A stretch of DNA of 10,681 bases from Patescibacteria group bacterium (GTDB lineage Bacteria; Patescibacteriota; Gracilibacteria; UBA4473), in assembly GCA_965660445.1 (NCBI GenBank), contig CBFIAK010000003.1, positions 1-10,681 of the forward strand, written 5' to 3'. The notes under the pieces are model-generated. The model was not told the DNA's origin, did no database searches, and saw only the letters and a list, made by a program, of their open reading frames with translations. Position 1 is the stretch's first letter. The number at the start of each line of letters is the position of its first letter. The position numbers were made by a program, and so were the translations under genes. Below are positions 7,142 to 10,681 of the stretch, one piece after another.

Positions 7142-8067
7142 GAATCGGGATCTAAAAATCGTTCGTGAGTTCGTTTCAGGTCTGCATTTGCAACATGTGT
7201 ATAGATTTGTGTTGTAGCGATATTGCTGTGTCCGAGTAGTTCTTGAACAGATCTCAAATCTGCTCCGTTTCGGAGTAGTTTTGTGGCAAAAGTGTGTCTG
7301 AGTACATGAGGGGTGACGGGACGAGTAATGCCAGCGCGTCGGCCACGGTTGCGTATCATTATTTCAATAGAGGTTCGTGAGATGCGTCGAGATTCTCCAT
7401 TGGTTTCAAATTCGTCTTCACGAGTACGAGCATTGATAAATAATGGTGGATACGAATCGTCTCGTTCTTTGATATATAATGTGAGTTTTTCAGTGGCTTT
7501 GGGGGTGAGGTAGACATTTCGAATCTTTTTTCCTTTTCCCATAACAGAAAATTCTCGAGTGGAGAGATTTACGTTTTCTCGATTTAAGGCGCAGAGTTCG
7601 GAAATTCGGAGTCCTGTTGAGAAAAGCATTTCAACGATTGCGGCATCTCTGATATTTATGAATCGGTTTTGCGATGCATCGGTAGATCGGAGTCGATCGA
7701 GTTCTTCTTGGGTGAGTCCGGAAACATTTCTTGGATCAAGTTTTAAGAGTTCTATTTTATCAGGAGAAAGAACAGGATCATCAATTTCTTTTTGTAAACA
7801 AAATTTTAAAAACGCACGAACTGGTGTGAGGTATATGTTTTGGGTGCGTCGAGCGAGTGTTTCTCCTGATTGAGTTTTAATTTCAAACAGAGTGTCACGG
7901 AATGTATCAATGGTGTCGTGCGATATGTCTCGCACATGGGCATCTTCGCCAATGCATTGCACAAGCATGTCGAGACTTCTGCTGTAGTTGCGCAGTGTAT
8001 AGGGTGATGCATTACGAATGGTTTTGAGGTATCGCATATAGCGATCAATAGCGGTGAGTATATTCAT
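7138..8067 (-). CDS. xerC: XerC/XerD-family tyrosine recombinase (309 aa)
   Basis: N-terminal ASPYTLRNY core-binding domain; complete catalytic set: R (TGLRISEL), K (GKGKK), HxxR (TPHVLRHTFAT), H (QELLGHS) and Y (TTQIYTH). NGADLRSVQ is typical of chromosomal Xer. C versus D cannot be resolved by eye. Confidence 0.88.
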   Translation of the reverse strand: MNILTAIDRYMRYLKTIRNASPYTLRNYSRSLDMLVQCIGEDAHVRDISHDTIDTFRDTLFEIKTQSGETLARRTQNIYLTPVRAFLKFCLQKEIDDPVLSPDKIELLKLDPRNVSGLTQEELDRLRSTDASQNRFINIRDAAIVEMLFSTGLRISELCALNRENVNLSTREFSVMGKGKKIRNVYLTPKATEKLTLYIKERDDSYPPLFINARTREDEFETNGESRRISRTSIEIMIRNRGRRAGITRPVTPHVLRHTFATKLLRNGADLRSVQELLGHSNIATTQIYTHVANADLKRTHERFLDPDS

Positions 8068-8996
8068 GAGAAGAACGACAAGAGTGTATCAATTTCGTTT
8101 CGAGATCCTAACAATATACTTTCTGTTTGATGAGTGTTTTGAAGTGGAATAGTGAGAATGGGGACGCCTTCTTGGGTTACTGCTTTTCCTTGAAGTTTTT
8201 CTATGATATGGGCACAGGGAGCACATTCGAATAAGAGTCGGAGTTTTGCTGGTTTGTTTGGTGTTTTGGGGTATAAGAATACCCCTTCTTTTTTTGTAAT
8301 TATATGGTGTAAATCGCTAATCATACCTCCTGAATATCGCAGAGTTTTTTGTTGTTGGATACACGTATCAATATATCGTTTATAGTTTTCGTTTTGTGCG
8401 GCACTCTTGAGGTTTCCAGGGGCGAAATAAGATGTGTTTGGGTTGAGGGTGCTTAATTGTTGAGTAAACACAAATTCTCCAACATCATTGAGCTGAAATT
8501 GAAATACAGTGTTTTCAAGAGTACAGACAAAAATAACTTGAGGACCATAAATACTGTAGCAACTACTTTTTATTTTTGCACCAGTTGTGTTTTCGAAATG
8601 GGGGGTGTCCCAAATACCAAAAACAGATCCCACACTGAAATTACTTTCAAAAATAGAGCTTCCATCCAGCGGATCGTAGCTGACTGCATACGAGTGAGAA
8701 TCGGGATGTGTTTTATGTGAGGTTGGATATTGTTTTTCTTCACTGGCAGAAAGATGACAGTATTCACTGAGTGATAGTTCATACTCTATAAGAGTGTCAG
8801 AAATTCGATCAATTGGAATTTGAGTGTCTCCAGACGGATTTTTCGTTGTTGAGGTGAGGGTTGTGCCAGATCGAATAGCAAAATTTATATATTTTACGCT
8901 TCGAGCAAGAGATTCGATAATGCGCCTGAGCGGTATATCGGTTGTTTGTTCTCGCAAAATATCAAGAAGTGTTTTTTGTTCGAGATAGGGATGCAT
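8064..8996 (-). CDS. fbp: Class I fructose-1,6-bisphosphatase family protein, SBPase-like (310 aa)
   Basis: Metal-binding SEE and [31 protein letters not shown]. Its TGA stop overlaps the xer ATG (ATGA, 8067-8064). Confidence 0.9.
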   Translation of the reverse strand: [310 protein letters not shown]

Positions 8997-9025
8997 ACAA
9001 TGGTTTGTTGATAAATTCTCTTTTA

Positions 9026-10027
9026 TTATAGAGCAGTCGTTGGTGTCTGTATAGGGGGAGAATCGCCTTGTGTTCGTATTTCATCAAAAATATCAATCAT
9101 TTCTTGGAGCGATTCAAGGCGGATAAGTCGTTCTCGGTACTGACTTGCTCCTTTTATGCCTCGAATAATATGGGCAAAATGTTTTCTCATCTCAATCATA
9201 GCCCATCGTTCGTCTTTGTGGGTCACGGCGAGTCGTGCATGGCGTTCAAACAAATTGAGTTGGTCATCAAGCGTAGGTTTTGCAGGAATGGGGGTATTAT
9301 TGAACGCAGCCCGGCATTGTGCAAAAATCCATGGGTTTCGTAGTGCTGCACGACCAATCATCATTCCATCAAGATTCTTCAGTTTTTTTTGAGCGATGGT
9401 ATGTGAGGTGACGTCTCCGTTTCCGAGTATTGGAATAGAATGGATATTCTTTTTTACTTCGTAAATAGGGTTCCAATCGGCTGTTCCGGTAAACCGTTGT
9501 TTTGTGGTGCGTCCATGAATAGCAAGTGATGCAATCCCTGCCGATTCAAAATCTTTGGTAGTTTGGATAAGGTTTGAGTCGTTATAAAACCCAAGACGCA
9601 TTTTTACTGAAACAGGAAGATCTGTTGACTGTGTTATTTTTTCTATAAGACGAGCTGTAGCACATGGGTCTTTTAAGAGTGCTGATCCGTGACCAGATCC
9701 AATCACTTTTGGGGAAGGACATCCAAGATTAAGATCGATTCCATCAGCGCCTAAGTCTTCCACTATTTTTACAGCAAGAAGAAAGGAATCTACGCTTTTC
9801 CCAAACAATTGTACGCAATAATAGTTTTTTTCAGCAAGGGCGAATGCTGCCATTCGCAGTGTTTTTTCTGATTTATGACGAAACGCTTCGCACGACAAGA
9901 GCTCTGAAATAAGAACGGTTGAGGGTTCTATTTCTTTCACGATTTGCCGAAATGGGCTCTCTGTGTATCCAGCCATTGGCGATAGTACGAGTATGGGGCG
10001 AGGAATCTCTTTCCAAAAATTATTCAT
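9026..10027 (-). CDS. dusB: tRNA-dihydrouridine synthase, DusB-type (333 aa)
   Basis: Motifs LSPMAG, VQLFG, IDLNLGCP (catalytic Cys), GSALLK, VSVKMRLG, IHGRT, GNGDV, MIGRAAL-NPW and MRKH. Confidence 0.93.
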   Translation of the reverse strand: MNNFWKEIPRPILVLSPMAGYTESPFRQIVKEIEPSTVLISELLSCEAFRHKSEKTLRMAAFALAEKNYYCVQLFGKSVDSFLLAVKIVEDLGADGIDLNLGCPSPKVIGSGHGSALLKDPCATARLIEKITQSTDLPVSVKMRLGFYNDSNLIQTTKDFESAGIASLAIHGRTTKQRFTGTADWNPIYEVKKNIHSIPILGNGDVTSHTIAQKKLKNLDGMMIGRAALRNPWIFAQCRAAFNNTPIPAKPTLDDQLNLFERHARLAVTHKDERWAMIEMRKHFAHIIRGIKGASQYRERLIRLESLQEMIDIFDEIRTQGDSPPIQTPTTAL

Positions 10028-10039
10028 ATTGTAGTGGTT

Positions 10040-10068
10040 TTTATATGCGGAATACGACTAAAAATCAA
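10040..10068 (-). promoter_or_regulatory. Putative promoter of dusB-fbp-xer, TTGATT-N17-TATAAA
   Basis: -35 at 10068-10063 and -10 at 10045-10040; 12 nt to ATG 10027. Confidence 0.45.
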
Positions 10069-10130
10069 TTTTATTTTCTAGTAAAAAAGTTTTTTATGTA
10101 TTTTTGTCAAGAGATTTTCCCGTTGTTTTG

Positions 10131-10170
10131 TATAAAAAAATTGACCAGAGCTTGCTTTTTTAGATAGAAT
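10131..10170 (+). promoter_or_regulatory. Putative sigma70 promoter TTGACC-N18-TAGAAT with an upstream A-tract
   Basis: A-tract at 10134-10140, -35 at 10141-10146 and -10 at 10165-10170, upstream of ATG 10198. Confidence 0.55.
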
Positions 10171-10197
10171 ACCTTTGTACATTCTTGTTTTTATGAA

Positions 10198-10681
10198 ATG
10201 AAATTTTTGTCGCATTTTTCGGATACTGAAATGAAATTATGGCTTTATGCCAATGCTACACCCAAAAGTGATATAGAATCGAACGATTCTCGAATTGAGG
10301 GGTTAGATGCTACTGCGCTTAAAAAATATGTAGATCGATTTGATTCAGATGTTATTCAAAAAGTCGAGGTGCTTGGGAGAAAAGGAACGGATTCAATGCG
10401 GAAGATTATTGATGGGAGATCTTTTCGTGTACCAGCGGTATTGAAAGTGACTTATTCTGATAAAGCTCCTCATCCCAATACGGAATCGTATTATGCTGTT
10501 GATGAAAATAAAAATATGTATTGGTGGGATGGCGAAACCTATCGACCAGAACTGTATTTGACTGTTCAGTACGAAAAATTAGAGCCACATCGTAATTGGT
10601 ATAAGGAACGATTTGATCTTGATCGATTGGATTTATCCATGCGGATTGATTCATTTCAATTTCAAGGGAATGAAGCTGTGT
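10198..10681 (+). CDS. Hypothetical protein, 5' part (at least 161 aa, runs off the window)
   Basis: Manual translation is open to the edge: MKFLSHFSDTEMKLWLYANATPKSDIESNDSRIEGLDATALKKYVDRFDSDVIQKVEVLGRKG...YAVDENKNMYWWDGETYRPELYL...FQGNEAV. A promoter lies upstream. It is presumably absent from the ORF track because it has no stop in the window. Confidence 0.8.
   Translation, partial: MKFLSHFSDTEMKLWLYANATPKSDIESNDSRIEGLDATALKKYVDRFDSDVIQKVEVLGRKGTDSMRKIIDGRSFRVPAVLKVTYSDKAPHPNTESYYAVDENKNMYWWDGETYRPELYLTVQYEKLEPHRNWYKERFDLDRLDLSMRIDSFQFQGNEAV

Noticed and set aside
7806-8066. UGA=Gly recoding (code 25, as in Gracilibacteria/SR1): the fbp frame stays open to 7806 after its TGA
   Set aside because: There is no internal TGA in roughly 3,300 codons of long ORFs. 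The Fbp fold is complete at the TGA, which forms a classic ATGA overlap, and read-through would overlap xer by about 260 nt.
7138-8067. Tyrosine recombinase as a prophage, integron or island integrase
   Set aside because: It has a Xer-type length and motifs, no arm-binding domain or IntI insertion, and housekeeping neighbours; no att repeats, attC sites or tRNA were seen.
10075-10105. Possible dif site (TTATGTA resembles a XerD arm)
   Set aside because: There is no matching inverted left arm at 6-bp spacing, and the context is AT-rich promoter DNA.
10105-10110. Perfect TTGACA on the minus strand upstream of dusB
   Set aside because: There is no acceptable -10 at 16-18 bp; the TTGATT-N17-TATAAA candidate fits better.
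268-10167. The remaining short 60-104 aa track ORFs
   Set aside because: All overlap well-supported genes in alternative or antisense frames and show no motifs.
10406-10654. 82-aa minus-strand ORF in the track
   Set aside because: It is the antisense shadow of the longer + strand ORF starting at 10198.

Overview
This AT-rich, densely packed bacterial chromosomal segment has no detectable mobile element, CRISPR array or RNA gene. Minus strand: dusB - class I FBPase/SBPase-like phosphatase - XerC/D-type recombinase (probable operon), comM/yifB followed by a TPR protein, an enlarged FtsI-like class B PBP, and the start of an unknown gene running off the left edge. Plus strand: a membrane-anchored surface protein (C-x-DSDGG Cys module plus two LxxGWN repeats), a PlsC-like acyltransferase, and an unknown ORF running off the right edge that the ORF track missed. 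Gene style, lack of Shine-Dalgarno sites and the surface-protein motifs suggest a Patescibacteria/CPR genome (possibly Peregrinibacteria-like) using code 11; this is an inference. I see no clear novel multi-gene system. The best leads are: (1) the bisphosphatase resembles eukaryotic sedoheptulose-1,7-bisphosphatase more than canonical Fbp; (2) the FtsI has an apparent internal subdomain duplication; (3) -10 boxes repeatedly sit just upstream of start codons, implying leaderless or near-leaderless translation. All family assignments come from motifs read by eye, not from database searches.
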